DNA from: Chloroflexota bacterium
GTDB taxonomy: Bacteria > Chloroflexota > Dehalococcoidia > Lucifugimonadales > JACPCL1
Length of the DNA: 64,000 nucleotides
Direction of reading: 5' to 3'
Assembly (NCBI GenBank): GCA_016179765.1
Contig: JACPCL010000031.1
Location: 341 to 64,340, forward strand
In this document: positions 44,949 to 54,242 of the stretch, piece after piece
How the letters are laid out: each line of letters starts with the position of its first letter
How positions within the stretch are numbered: position 1 is the stretch's first letter
Made by a program: the position numbers and the translations under genes
The notes under the pieces: model-generated
What the model was told of the DNA's origin: nothing
The model's input: only the letters and a program-made list of their open reading frames with translations
Database searches by the model: none

Positions 44949-45100
44949 TTAGCAGGCTGCTGAAAAACACCCCCAAACCCCCTCAAGGGGGTTCAAGGTA
45001 TCCTTCAGCCGAAGGATGGATTTGTATCTGGGAGACACCCCCAGACCCCCGTCAAAGGGGCTTCGCCCCTCTGAACTCTCCTTTTTTCATCACCCTGCCA
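44949..45100 (+). mobile_element. Family A element
   Basis: TTAG-CAGGCTGCTGAAAAACACCCCC...CATCACCCTG-CCAG. Confidence 0.7.
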
Positions 45101-45140
45101 GGGTATGGTATAGTATAGCATTGGTTCCCCAGCGTCAGTG

Positions 45141-45230
45141 GGAGAGATGGCCGAGTGGTTGAAGGCGCCGCTCCCGAAAAGCGGTGTGCCCGCAAAGGCA
45201 CCGTGGGTTCGAATCCCACTCTCTCCGCCA
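45141..45230 (+). tRNA. tRNA-Ser (anticodon CGA), class II with long variable arm, CCA encoded
   Basis: Acceptor GGAGAGA/TCTCTCC, discriminator G. Anticodon arm CCGCT-CCCGAAA-AGCGG, with C rather than U at position 33. T arm GTGGG-TTCGAAT-CCCAC. Confidence 0.85.
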
Positions 45231-45276
45231 GACTCCCGCTGCCTTCCCCCGCTTTTTGCACGCGCGACCGTTACAG

Positions 45277-45452
45277 CAGGGTGCTGACCTCACCCCCTTG
45301 TGTTCCCCCTCTCCCTTTAGGAGAGGGGGAAGATTAGTTCTGGGGGACACCCCCATCCGCCACAGGCGGACCGTCCCTTCGTCCGCCTGCGGCGGGCTCA
45401 GGGCAGGCTCCGGGGCCTCGCCCCTCTGGACTCCCCCTTTTTTATCACCATG
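45277..45452 (+). mobile_element. Family A element (CCTCACCCCC subtype), degenerate 3' end
   Basis: CAGGGTGCTGACCTCACCCCCTTGTGTTCCCCC... Confidence 0.65.
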
Positions 45453-45535
45453 CGAGAACCCCGACTGAGTTCCTCTCCTTCCCGATGCGTCAAGGGCGGC
45501 TTTCAGAGATTTTGCTTTTTAGTTAGCATAATCTC

Positions 45536-45564
45536 TTGACAAACGCAGAATATCCCGCTAATCT
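45536..45564 (+). promoter_or_regulatory. Candidate ftsZ promoter TTGACA-17-TAATCT
   Basis: Sequence match; lies in an AT-richer stretch ~60 nt upstream of the ftsZ ATG. Confidence 0.55.
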
Positions 45565-45622
45565 TTGCCAGTATTCACCACATTTTTGTGGCTCTTATTC
45601 AAGCGCACGGGAGGATGCACCC

Positions 45623-46696
45623 ATGACCACGGTGACTATCGGCAGTTCCAATGGCAAACAGGAGTATAGAGAGGCTCCAGCAAATATTGCGGTGATCGGC
45701 GTGGGCGGCGGCGGCTGCAACGCCGTTATGCGGATGATGAGGGAGCGGGTTGTCCCCGGCGTCAAGTACATCTGCGTGAACACCGATATCAAGTCCCTGC
45801 GCCAGGTAGATGGCGTCGCCTCTTCCATCCACATTGGTGAAGAGCTGACTCACGGCCTGGGAGCCGGCGGCGACCCCGCGGTGGGCGGCCAGGCGGCAAT
45901 GAGCTCCCGCGATGAGCTCAAGCACGCCCTCACCGGGACCGACCTGGTCTTCGTCACCGCCGGCATGGGCGGCGGCACCGGCACAGGGGCCGCTCCCGTG
46001 GTGGCCGAGATCGCGCGAAAATCCGGCGCCCTGGTCGTGGCCGTCGTCACCACCCCCTTTACCTGGGAGGGGCATCGCCGCCTGGACTCCGCCATGGCCG
46101 GCGTGAGCCGCCTGCGGGAGAAGGTGGATAACCTTATCCTCATCCACAACGACCGCCTCTTGAAGCTCATGCACGCCGACGTCTCCATGGAAGAGGCCCT
46201 GCGGCGCGCCGACGAGGCCGTGATGTACGGCGTCCTCTCCGTTGCTGAGCTGGTCAACGTCCCCGGGGAGATCAACGTAGACCTGGCCGACGTGCGCACC
46301 ATCATGAAACTTCCGGGCCGGGCTCTCATGGCGATTGGTGAGGCCAAAGAGCCTAACGCCGTTCTGGAGTGCGCCAAGATGGCCATAGGCAATCCCCTCC
46401 TGGACGTTTCCATTGACGGCGCCCATGGCGTTCTCTTCTGCGTGAACGGGGGCCCCAAGATGACCTTGGGCGAGGTCAACGCCGCCGGCGAGTTCATCGC
46501 CTCCAAGATCTCCCGCGACGCCACCATCTTCTTCGGCATGGTGAACGATCCTACCATGGCCGACAGGGCACGCTTGACCCTCATCTCCACCGGCATCCCT
46601 GAGGCCGCCCAGCAGGCAAAGGTGGGCGGCTTCAGGCCGGCGGCCGCCATCCCTCAACCTGCCCCCGCTCCTACCACCACCAGGAGGGTCTTCTAG
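45623..46696 (+). CDS. ftsZ: Cell division protein FtsZ
   Basis: IAVIGVGGGGCNAV and tubulin signature GMGGGTGTGAAP. ATG 45623 follows GGGAGGA. Confidence 0.95.
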   Translation: MTTVTIGSSNGKQEYREAPANIAVIGVGGGGCNAVMRMMRERVVPGVKYICVNTDIKSLRQVDGVASSIHIGEELTHGLGAGGDPAVGGQAAMSSRDELKHALTGTDLVFVTAGMGGGTGTGAAPVVAEIARKSGALVVAVVTTPFTWEGHRRLDSAMAGVSRLREKVDNLILIHNDRLLKLMHADVSMEEALRRADEAVMYGVLSVAELVNVPGEINVDLADVRTIMKLPGRALMAIGEAKEPNAVLECAKMAIGNPLLDVSIDGAHGVLFCVNGGPKMTLGEVNAAGEFIASKISRDATIFFGMVNDPTMADRARLTLISTGIPEAAQQAKVGGFRPAAAIPQPAPAPTTTRRVF

Positions 46697-46755
46697 ACCT
46701 CTGCCCCTACCTACACCAGCCCGCTCAGACGCAGCGCCAAGGGCCACGCCCGTCC

Positions 46756-46800
46756 CGAGGTCTCCTTCTCCTAGCAGGGGAAGGAGACCTCGCGGTTTTT
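46756..46800 (+). terminator. Intrinsic terminator after ftsZ
   Basis: 13-bp perfect stem CGAGGTCTCCTTC/GAAGGAGACCTCG followed by CGGTTTTT. Confidence 0.8.
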
Positions 46801-46832
46801 CTCCTCTTTGTCCTCATAGGCCGGGGTGACAA

Positions 46833-46936
46833 AAGGTATCCCTTTCGGGAACGGATTTATATCTGGGGGACACCCCCAGACCCCCGCCAGAGAGGCTTCA
46901 CCCTTCTGGACTCCCCTTTCTTCCGCAGCCTGCTGG
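46833..46936 (+). mobile_element. Family A element, 3'-half type
   Basis: AAGGTATCCCTTTCGGGAACGGATTTATATCTGGGGGACACCCCCAGACCCCC...CCGCAGCCTG-CTGG. Confidence 0.65.
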
Positions 46937-47048
46937 AGACAGTACCCACTGGTTTGTCAGGCAACGACGCCCTGCTTTCCGTGGCCCTCGGCGCTGTGCT
47001 GTGACTTGGCCGATCCTCCGGCGGCCCCTCGGACCCCAGGCTCCACCC

Positions 47049-47076
47049 TTGACCCCCCGCTTCTGAGGAGTAGAAT
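47049..47076 (+). promoter_or_regulatory. Candidate promoter TTGACC-16-TAGAAT upstream of the Ldh2-family gene
   Basis: Sequence match only. Confidence 0.45.
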
Positions 47077-47110
47077 GGGCCTGCAATGGTCAGACTGCGC
47101 AGGAGGAGCC

Positions 47111-48193
47111 ATGCTACAGCGGTTTAGAGTCAACGAGGAGGAGGCCATTCGCGTCAACGAGACGAAGCTCCGGGGCACGGTGGAGCGCATCTTTGCAAAG
47201 ATGAACGTACCGCCGGAGGACGCCCGGCTGGCCGCCGACGTGCTGGTGACGGCGGACCTGCGGGGCGTGGATAGTCACGGGGTGTCCAACATGCTGCGCG
47301 CCTACGTGGCCAGCTTCTCCAGCGGCGCCTATAACCCCAGGCCAAACCCTCGCATCGTGCGGGAGACGCCCTCCACCGCCACCATGGACTGCGACGGGGG
47401 CCTGGGGATTATCTTGTGCCCCAAGGCCATGCGTATGGCCATTCAGAAGGCGAGGGAGGTGGGGATGGGCATGGTGACCATGTACAACGGGCGTCACGCA
47501 GGCATGATCTCCTATCACGCCATGATGGCCCTGGAGCACGACATGATCGGCATGGCCATGACCAGCACCCGGCCCAGCGTGGTGCCCACCTTTGGCCGCG
47601 AGGCGCGCCTGGGCACCAACCCCATCGCCCTGGCGGCGCCGGCCAAGACGGAACCGCCCTTCGTCTTTGACGCCGCCACCAGCGCCGTTGCCTCCAACAA
47701 GTTCCAGCTTGCCAGACGTTTGGGTTCCCTGATGGAACCAGGAACCATGGCCGCCCCGGACGGCACCCCTGTCATGGAGGAGGCCCCGGTGCCGGAGCGA
47801 CCCTACGGTTTGCCCCTGGGCGCCACGCGAGAGTTGGGCTCCCACAAGGGGTACGGCTTTGGGAGCATCGTGGACATCATGTGCGCGGTGCTCTCCGGCG
47901 GCGGGTTCGGGATGCTTTCCGGCGCGCGGGGAGACTACTCCCACATGGTGGCCGCCTTCCGCATAGACGCCTTCACCGACGTGGACCACTTCAAGGAGCT
48001 GATGGACCAGTTCCTGCGCACCCTCAAGAACACGCCCCCCGCGGCGGGGCAGGAGCGGGTCCTTTACGCCGGCTTGCCGGAGCATGAGACGCTGCAAGAC
48101 CGCCGCGCCAAGGGCATACCCCTGCATCCGGAGGTCATTCACTGGTTTGAGGACATCTGCGGCGAGCTGGACATCCCCTTTGTCCTAGGCTAG
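47111..48193 (+). CDS. Ldh2-family (malate/L-lactate/sulfolactate dehydrogenase type 2) oxidoreductase
   Basis: ATG 47111 follows AGGAGG. DLRGVDSHGV and GSHKGYGFG motifs. The track ORF starts inside a repeat at 46826. Confidence 0.8.
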   Translation: MLQRFRVNEEEAIRVNETKLRGTVERIFAKMNVPPEDARLAADVLVTADLRGVDSHGVSNMLRAYVASFSSGAYNPRPNPRIVRETPSTATMDCDGGLGIILCPKAMRMAIQKAREVGMGMVTMYNGRHAGMISYHAMMALEHDMIGMAMTSTRPSVVPTFGREARLGTNPIALAAPAKTEPPFVFDAATSAVASNKFQLARRLGSLMEPGTMAAPDGTPVMEEAPVPERPYGLPLGATRELGSHKGYGFGSIVDIMCAVLSGGGFGMLSGARGDYSHMVAAFRIDAFTDVDHFKELMDQFLRTLKNTPPAAGQERVLYAGLPEHETLQDRRAKGIPLHPEVIHWFEDICGELDIPFVLG

Positions 48194-48424
48194 TCTTAAG
48201 GCCCACCCCCTCCGCCGTACCTAACGCCTAGAGCCCACGTAGATACCTCCGGGAGGTTCAGGAGGGCGCTGCCCTCCTGACGGGGGGGCATGGGAGGTGT
48301 CCCCCATCTCAGAATCAATAAGGGGTGGGGACACCCCACACCCTGGCAGGGGCTTCGCCCCTGCACCCCAGAAATACAAAGAGCTTGCGGGGCAGGGCAC
48401 AACAGCCAAAGAAGGAGAGAAACC

Positions 48425-50398
48425 ATGGCAGTTACTCGCTTTGAGATCACGTCTCGCAGCCAGGCAGGAGGAGGAGCCTCGTTCGGAAAGACAGGGCAGT
48501 ACGAGTTCATCAAGGGCACGCTCCACTACGCGGTGGACCCCAGGCACCCGGACAGCCAACTCATCACGGATATGAGCCTTGCACCCATGGGGCCCGATGG
48601 AAAGGTCCACTTTGCCTCGGACATCCAACTGCTCAAGCCCATAGCCCACCGGACGAAAGGCAGCCTGCTGCTGGACGTGGTGAACCGGGGCAACCGGAGC
48701 GGCATGGCTTTCAACAATCCTCCGCAAACGCCGGTAACGGCGGAGCCTGACCTGGGCAACGGCTTCCTCATGCGCCTTGGCTTCACGGTGGTATTCTGCG
48801 GCTGGCAAACCGATGTGCCGGAGGGGGGCATCCGCCTGCATGCGCCCGAGGCGCTGGATGCCAGCGGCAACCGGCTCACGGGCCAGGCCTACCAGCAGTT
48901 TGACGTGCTAAAGGACACCCATGAGTTGCTCCTCTCGGACCGCCTGCACAAGCCTCTGCCCGCTGCCGACCTCAACGACCCTGCCGCAATCCTGGTGGCG
49001 CGGGACTGGCCCGATGGCCCGCCCACCGTGATCCCAAGGGGCCAGTGGCGCTTCGCCCGCTGGGTGAATGGCGCCCCCAAGCCAGACCCCACCTACGTCT
49101 GCCTGCCCGCCGGCTTCCAGGCGGGCAAGGCGTACGAGGTTATCTACACCACCATCGGCGCTCCCGTCATTGGCCTGGGCTTCCTGGCTATACGTGACTG
49201 CGCCAGCTTCTTCCGTTACGGCGCCGCCCAGGAGGGCAACCCCTGCGCCGGGACCGTTGATCGCGCCTACACCTACGGCGTCTCTCAGACCGGGCGCACC
49301 GTGCGCGAGTTCCTCTACCTTGGCCTGAACCTGGACGAAGCCGGACGGCAGGTCTTTGACGGGGCTATGCCCCATACCGGCAGCTCTCGCCTGGGGGAGT
49401 TCAATGTCCGCTTTGGCCAGCCCTCCAGCAACCACATGCGCAACACGGGCAACATCCGCCCCTTGACCTACACCGAGGTGACCGATCCGGTTACAGAGGA
49501 GTCCGATGGCCTGCTGCGGCGGCTGGAGGCCAAGGGGGCTGTGCCCAAGATCATCGCCAGCAACTCCGGCGTGGAGTACTGGTGGAGCGGCGCAGCCTTT
49601 ACCCACATTGATCCCACGGGCAGCAGAGACGTGGCGCCGCCGCCCGCCGTCCGGGTCTACCACCTGGCGGGGACCAAGCACGGGCCTGGCTCCCTGCCTT
49701 TGACCGATGCCCCTATGGAAGGCCTCCGCCAGCAGCACTGGTCCAACACCATAGACTACCGGCCTGTCCAGCGGGCCATGCTCTATAACCTGGACCGATG
49801 GGTGCGGGAGGGCGTGGAGCCACCCCCCAGCCTCATGCCCCGCATCGCCAATGGCACCGCCGTCCGCCGCGAAACCCTGAAGCCGGCCTTCACCGCTATC
49901 CCAGGCATGGGCTTTCCCACCGCCCTACCCATCCGGCGGCGGCTAGACTACGGTGTTGGGATGTCCAAGGGCGTCCCACACTATCCACCGCAAGAGGGAG
50001 AGCCCTTCCCGACCATGGTCTCGGCTGTGGATTCGGACCGTAACGAGGTCGCGGGGGTCCGCTTGCCCGACGTCCGCGTACCTCTGGGCACCCACACGGG
50101 CTGGACCATGCGCCACCCGGACATCGGTGGCGTGGGCCACTTCATGCCCCTGCAGGGAGCGGTTGTCCCCTTCCCTCGCACCCGCCAGGAGCGGCAGGCC
50201 CTGGGCGACCCGCGCCCCTCCCTTGAGGAACGGTACTCCTCCAAAGAGGACTACCTGGCAAAGGTGCGCAAGGCCGCGGCGGACCTGGTGCGGGAGCGGT
50301 ACATCCTGGCTGAGGACGTGGAGGGCATCGTAGAGGGGGCCAGCGTCCGCTGGGACGCTTTCCATGCGGTGAGCCGGCTCGTCCCGTACCAGCCGTAG
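48425..50398 (+). CDS. Large hypothetical protein, possibly an alpha/beta-hydrolase-domain family of unknown function
   Basis: ATG 48425 follows AAGGAGAG; ~657 aa. VVNRGN and YGVSQTGR motifs recalled from an uncharacterised hydrolase-like family; not verified. Confidence 0.5.
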   Translation: MAVTRFEITSRSQAGGGASFGKTGQYEFIKGTLHYAVDPRHPDSQLITDMSLAPMGPDGKVHFASDIQLLKPIAHRTKGSLLLDVVNRGNRSGMAFNNPPQTPVTAEPDLGNGFLMRLGFTVVFCGWQTDVPEGGIRLHAPEALDASGNRLTGQAYQQFDVLKDTHELLLSDRLHKPLPAADLNDPAAILVARDWPDGPPTVIPRGQWRFARWVNGAPKPDPTYVCLPAGFQAGKAYEVIYTTIGAPVIGLGFLAIRDCASFFRYGAAQEGNPCAGTVDRAYTYGVSQTGRTVREFLYLGLNLDEAGRQVFDGAMPHTGSSRLGEFNVRFGQPSSNHMRNTGNIRPLTYTEVTDPVTEESDGLLRRLEAKGAVPKIIASNSGVEYWWSGAAFTHIDPTGSRDVAPPPAVRVYHLAGTKHGPGSLPLTDAPMEGLRQQHWSNTIDYRPVQRAMLYNLDRWVREGVEPPPSLMPRIANGTAVRRETLKPAFTAIPGMGFPTALPIRRRLDYGVGMSKGVPHYPPQEGEPFPTMVSAVDSDRNEVAGVRLPDVRVPLGTHTGWTMRHPDIGGVGHFMPLQGAVVPFPRTRQERQALGDPRPSLEERYSSKEDYLAKVRKAAADLVRERYILAEDVEGIVEGASVRWDAFHAVSRLVPYQP

Positions 50399-50463
50399 GG
50401 GTGCAGCATGCTGCACCCCTACAAGAGGACGCACAAACCCAGGACTGAAGTCCTGGGTTTGTG
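50395..50463. repeat. Family E composite: 28-nt palindrome GTAGGGGTGCAGCATGCTGCACCCCTAC plus AAACCCAGG..CCTGGGTTT hairpin
   Basis: The same two parts occur in reverse order at 61892-61960. The stop TAG of the upstream gene lies inside the palindrome. Confidence 0.8.
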
Positions 50464-50501
50464 TCCGCTCTGCGGCGGCGAGGCCACGGCAAGCGTTACC
50501 T

Positions 50502-50798
50502 CTAGCGGAACGCCCCGGTTGCAGCCATGGCGAAGGCCTGGTCCAGTGCGAGGACAGGGCTGGTATGCCCCTGGCCAATGGTGTTCAAGGGGCCAAGGGC
50601 CCGTGCTAACGTGGGGTAATCATCCGCATCAACGGTGATGTGGAAGGTATGGTCCATTGGGGATACATACCCGGCGAGCACCTTCACGCCGGGGGTATTC
50701 TTCATGGCTTGCCACCAGTCAGTAATGCGCTTGGTCTGCTCTGGCGACTGAGCTGGACAGGTTGCGTTGGTATGCGTGTGCGTAACCTGAAACATCAT
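50502..50798 (-). CDS. Small hypothetical protein
   Basis: 98-aa ORF with coding-like codon bias; no firm family assignment. Confidence 0.5.
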   Translation of the reverse strand: MMFQVTHTHTNATCPAQSPEQTKRITDWWQAMKNTPGVKVLAGYVSPMDHTFHITVDADDYPTLARALGPLNTIGQGHTSPVLALDQAFAMAATGAFR

Positions 50799-50943
50799 GG
50801 GAACACCTCCCTTTCTTCTTGAAGCGCACTGGTTCTGTCTGAACCGAGATGAACTATTCTAGCACGGAGGGCAAGGGGTTCCGTTTGGTTGCTCATGCAG
50901 AACCGCTCCCTGAAGAGTACGGCATGATGCCACCCTATTATGG

Positions 50944-51105
50944 CGATTTGCCAAATACTTGTGCTTCCGTAATCAGAACCTCACCCCCTATCCTCGCCTT
51001 CCCCCGCAAGGGGGGAAGGAACAGTCTTTCCTCCCCATTGACGGGGGAGGACAAAGGTAGGGGTGAGACTCTTGCCAAAGAACAACTTATTCAGTTAATG
51101 ACCAT
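50944..51105 (+). mobile_element. Family D element, stand-alone copy
   Basis: Aligns with 37499-37690 apart from a ~30-nt central indel. Confidence 0.8.
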
Positions 51106-51266
51106 CACGGGGTGGTACTGTCCCGCACCAGCAAAGGGAACCGGGCCACACCCTCGGTTGACGAGAGCCCATACTTCCTATACTCTTGCCCTGCACGGCG
51201 GGAGCCCCCGCCTGCCACCAGAGCCTGGCCTATGGACCCATCAACCCCACTGAGAGAGGAGCACGT

Positions 51267-52925
51267 ATGAAAGGTGTAACCGCCATTGCCAACATCCTGA
51301 AAATGGAGGGCACGGAGTACGTCTTCTGCTTTCCATCCAATCCCTTGATCAACGAGGCGGCTGCCGCGGGCATTCGCCCCATTATCGCCCGCACGGAGCG
51401 GGGCGCCATCAACATGGCCGATGGCTACTCCCGCATCAAAGGGGGCGGCAAGATCGGCGTCATCATCACCCAGGGCGGCCCAGGCATTGAGAACGGCTTT
51501 GGTGGGGTGGCCCACGCCTTCGCCGACTCCATTCCCATCCTGGTCCTCCCCGGCGGCACCGCCCGCGGCCGCCAGGGGGTGCGCCCCGATTTTGACCCGG
51601 TGCGTAACTATGCCCACATCACCAAGTGGGCCGCCCAGCTCAACATGGCCGAGCGCGTCCCGGAGATGATGGGATACGCCTTCAAGAACCTGCGCACCGC
51701 CCGCACGGGGCCGGTTCTCCTGGAGGTGCCGGGCGACGTGGCGAACGAGGAGATTGACGAGGTCAAGTTCAACTACAAGACCGTCAAGGGCAACAAGAGC
51801 GCCGGCGACCCACAGGACGTGGCCGACGCCGTGCGCGCCCTCCTGGCCGCCAAGGCACCGGTGCTCCACGTGGGCCAGGGCGTCCTGGACTGCGAGGCCT
51901 GGAACGAGCTGCGGGAGTTCGCCGAGCTGGTCAACTCCCCTGTCATGACCATCACCACGGGCAAGAGCGCCTTCCCGGAGGACCATCCCCTCTCCCTGGG
52001 CAACGGCGGCTCCACCGCCACTGGCATGGTAGACCACTTCCTGCGCAAGGCAGACCTCGTCTTCGGCCTCGGCTCCACCTTTTACGTCTCCCTGGTGGGC
52101 TCCCCCGTGCCCCAGGGCAAGGTCATGATTCAATGCACCCAGGACGAACGCGACCTGAGCAACGAGTACCACCTGGACCACGCGGTGCTGGGCGACGTGA
52201 AGCTGGTGCTCCAGCAGCTCATCGCCGAGGTGAAGAAGCAGGCCGGCCCCAACGGCCGCAAGGGCAACGACGCCGTGGCCAGGGAGGTCAAAGCCGTCAA
52301 GGAGGAGTGGCTACAGAAGTGGATGCCCAAGCTCACCTCCGATGAGCGGCCCATCAACCCCTACCGCGTCATCTGGGACCTGATGCACACCCTGGACCGG
52401 CGCAACACCATCATCACCCACGACTCCGGTAACCCCCGGGACCAGATGACCCCCTTCTACCAGCCCCTTATCCCTCATGGGTACACGGGCTGGGGCAACT
52501 CCACCCAGCTTGGCTACTCCCTGGGCATCTCTATCGGCGCCAAGCTTGCCGCTCCTGACAAGACCGTCGTGCACCTGCTGGGCGATGCGGCCATTGGCAT
52601 GGCGGGCCTGGACTTTGAGAGCACCGTGCGGGCCAACGCCCCCATCATCAGCGTGGTGCTGAACAACGGGCGCATGGGCGGCTACGACCGCAACATGCCC
52701 GCCGCCACGGAGCGGTTCGGCAGCAACCTGCTGGGCGGCAACTACGCCAAGCTGGGGGAGGCCCTGGGCATTTATGGCGAGCGCGTGGAGGAGCCCAACC
52801 AGGTTGTGCCGGCCATCAAACGGGCGATGGAGGCCAACAAGCGAGGGCAGTCCGCTCTTCTGGAGATGATGACACGCCAGGAGCGCGATTTCTCCCGCGT
52901 CTCTTGGGTTGGCGGCGGCCACTAG
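51267..52925 (+). CDS. Thiamine diphosphate-dependent enzyme (acetolactate synthase/sulfoacetaldehyde acetyltransferase-like)
   Basis: N-terminal Pyr domain; C-terminal ThDP motif GDAAIGMAGLDFESTVRANAPIISVVLNN. Confidence 0.85.
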   Translation: MKGVTAIANILKMEGTEYVFCFPSNPLINEAAAAGIRPIIARTERGAINMADGYSRIKGGGKIGVIITQGGPGIENGFGGVAHAFADSIPILVLPGGTARGRQGVRPDFDPVRNYAHITKWAAQLNMAERVPEMMGYAFKNLRTARTGPVLLEVPGDVANEEIDEVKFNYKTVKGNKSAGDPQDVADAVRALLAAKAPVLHVGQGVLDCEAWNELREFAELVNSPVMTITTGKSAFPEDHPLSLGNGGSTATGMVDHFLRKADLVFGLGSTFYVSLVGSPVPQGKVMIQCTQDERDLSNEYHLDHAVLGDVKLVLQQLIAEVKKQAGPNGRKGNDAVAREVKAVKEEWLQKWMPKLTSDERPINPYRVIWDLMHTLDRRNTIITHDSGNPRDQMTPFYQPLIPHGYTGWGNSTQLGYSLGISIGAKLAAPDKTVVHLLGDAAIGMAGLDFESTVRANAPIISVVLNNGRMGGYDRNMPAATERFGSNLLGGNYAKLGEALGIYGERVEEPNQVVPAIKRAMEANKRGQSALLEMMTRQERDFSRVSWVGGGH

Positions 52926-53024
52926 GCCCTTCACCTCATCCGCCAACTGGCGCGCGCCAGGGCCCTGCTCCTGGAAAGCGGGGGCCTGGCGCGTTTGTCT
53001 ACCACGCTTTCCGCCAAACAAGAT

Positions 53025-53148
53025 GACGAAAGGGGAGTTCAGAGGGGCGAAGCCCCTTTGACGGTCCGCCTGCGGCGGATGGGGGTGTCCCCCAGATACA
53101 AAACCCCCTCTCCCCATAGGAGAAGAGGAAAACAGGGGGAGAGGTCTC
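53025..53148 (-). mobile_element. Family A element in reverse orientation (partial), plus a GGGAGAGG module
   Basis: GAGGGGCGAAGCCCC...GGATGGGGGTGTCCCCCAGATACAAA is the reverse complement of the family A 3' half. Confidence 0.65.
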
Positions 53149-54213
53149 CTACGACTCCTCTGGCAAAGGCAGTTGCCCCTCCTCCGCGAAGTGGGAAACG
53201 CCTACCCCCAGCAGCCGGAAGGCGCGTCCTGGACGCAGCTCCTTGCTGACAAGCTGCTGGGCGGCCCGCTGAAGAGCGGTGGCGTCGGAGACAGGCGCAG
53301 GCAGGGTGACGGAGCGGTTGAAGGTGGTGAAATCCGCCAGGCGCAGCTTCACCGTCACCGTCCGGCCCCTGGCCTTCTCTGCTGCCAGGCGCATAGCCAC
53401 CTTCAGGCACAGCTTGGAAAGCTGGAAGGCGATGGCCGAGGGGTCCGACAGGTCCTTCTCAAAGGTGACTTCGGCGCTGATAGACTTGGCCTCGTGCTCC
53501 GGGACCACCGGGCGGTCGTCCTGGCTGCGGCTCAGGGCCAGAAGCTCCGGCCCCCGCACCCCGAACCGCTCCCTGGCCCACGCCTCGCTCTGTCGGGCCA
53601 GGTCACCCAGGGTCTTGACCCCCTCCTGGACCAGGCGCTCCTCCGTCTTTGGGCCAACACCCCACAGGACCTTTACCGGAAGGGGCGCAAGGAACTCACG
53701 CTCCCTGCCCGGCGCTACCACCAGCAGGCCATCGGGCTTGCTCAAGTCCGAGGCGATCTTGGCCACGGACTTGCTTGTGGCCAGGCCAACGGAAATGACC
53801 AGGCCGGTCCCCTCCTTCACTCGCTCCTTGAGGTCACGGCCGGCAACGGCCATAGGGATGCCCTTCTCTATCAGGTGGGTGACATCCAGAAAGGCTTCGT
53901 CCAGGGAGATGGGTTCCACCAGAGGGGTGATGGAGCGAAAGATGGCCATCACTTGGCGGGACACCTCTTCGTACCGGTGGAACCTGGACGGGACGACGAT
54001 GCCCTGGGGACACCGGCGCACCGCCTGCGCCATGGGCATGGCGGCGTGGACGCCAAACTTCCGTGCCTCATAAGAGCAGGAGGCGACCACGCCCCGGCCC
54101 TGGGGGCTGCCGCCCACCAGCACCGCCTTGCCCTGAAGCTCAGGGTTGTCCCATTGCTCTACCGAGGCGTAGAAGGCGTCCAGGTCTGCGTGGAGAATGA
54201 AGGAGGTGCTCAC
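53149..54213 (-). CDS. dinB: DNA polymerase IV
   Basis: ILHADLDAFYASVE...SLDEAFLDVT Y-family motifs. Confidence 0.92.
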   Translation of the reverse strand: MSTSFILHADLDAFYASVEQWDNPELQGKAVLVGGSPQGRGVVASCSYEARKFGVHAAMPMAQAVRRCPQGIVVPSRFHRYEEVSRQVMAIFRSITPLVEPISLDEAFLDVTHLIEKGIPMAVAGRDLKERVKEGTGLVISVGLATSKSVAKIASDLSKPDGLLVVAPGREREFLAPLPVKVLWGVGPKTEERLVQEGVKTLGDLARQSEAWARERFGVRGPELLALSRSQDDRPVVPEHEAKSISAEVTFEKDLSDPSAIAFQLSKLCLKVAMRLAAEKARGRTVTVKLRLADFTTFNRSVTLPAPVSDATALQRAAQQLVSKELRPGRAFRLLGVGVSHFAEEGQLPLPEES

Positions 54214-54242
54214 GGCAATATTGTAGCACGCCCGTTCTCAAA

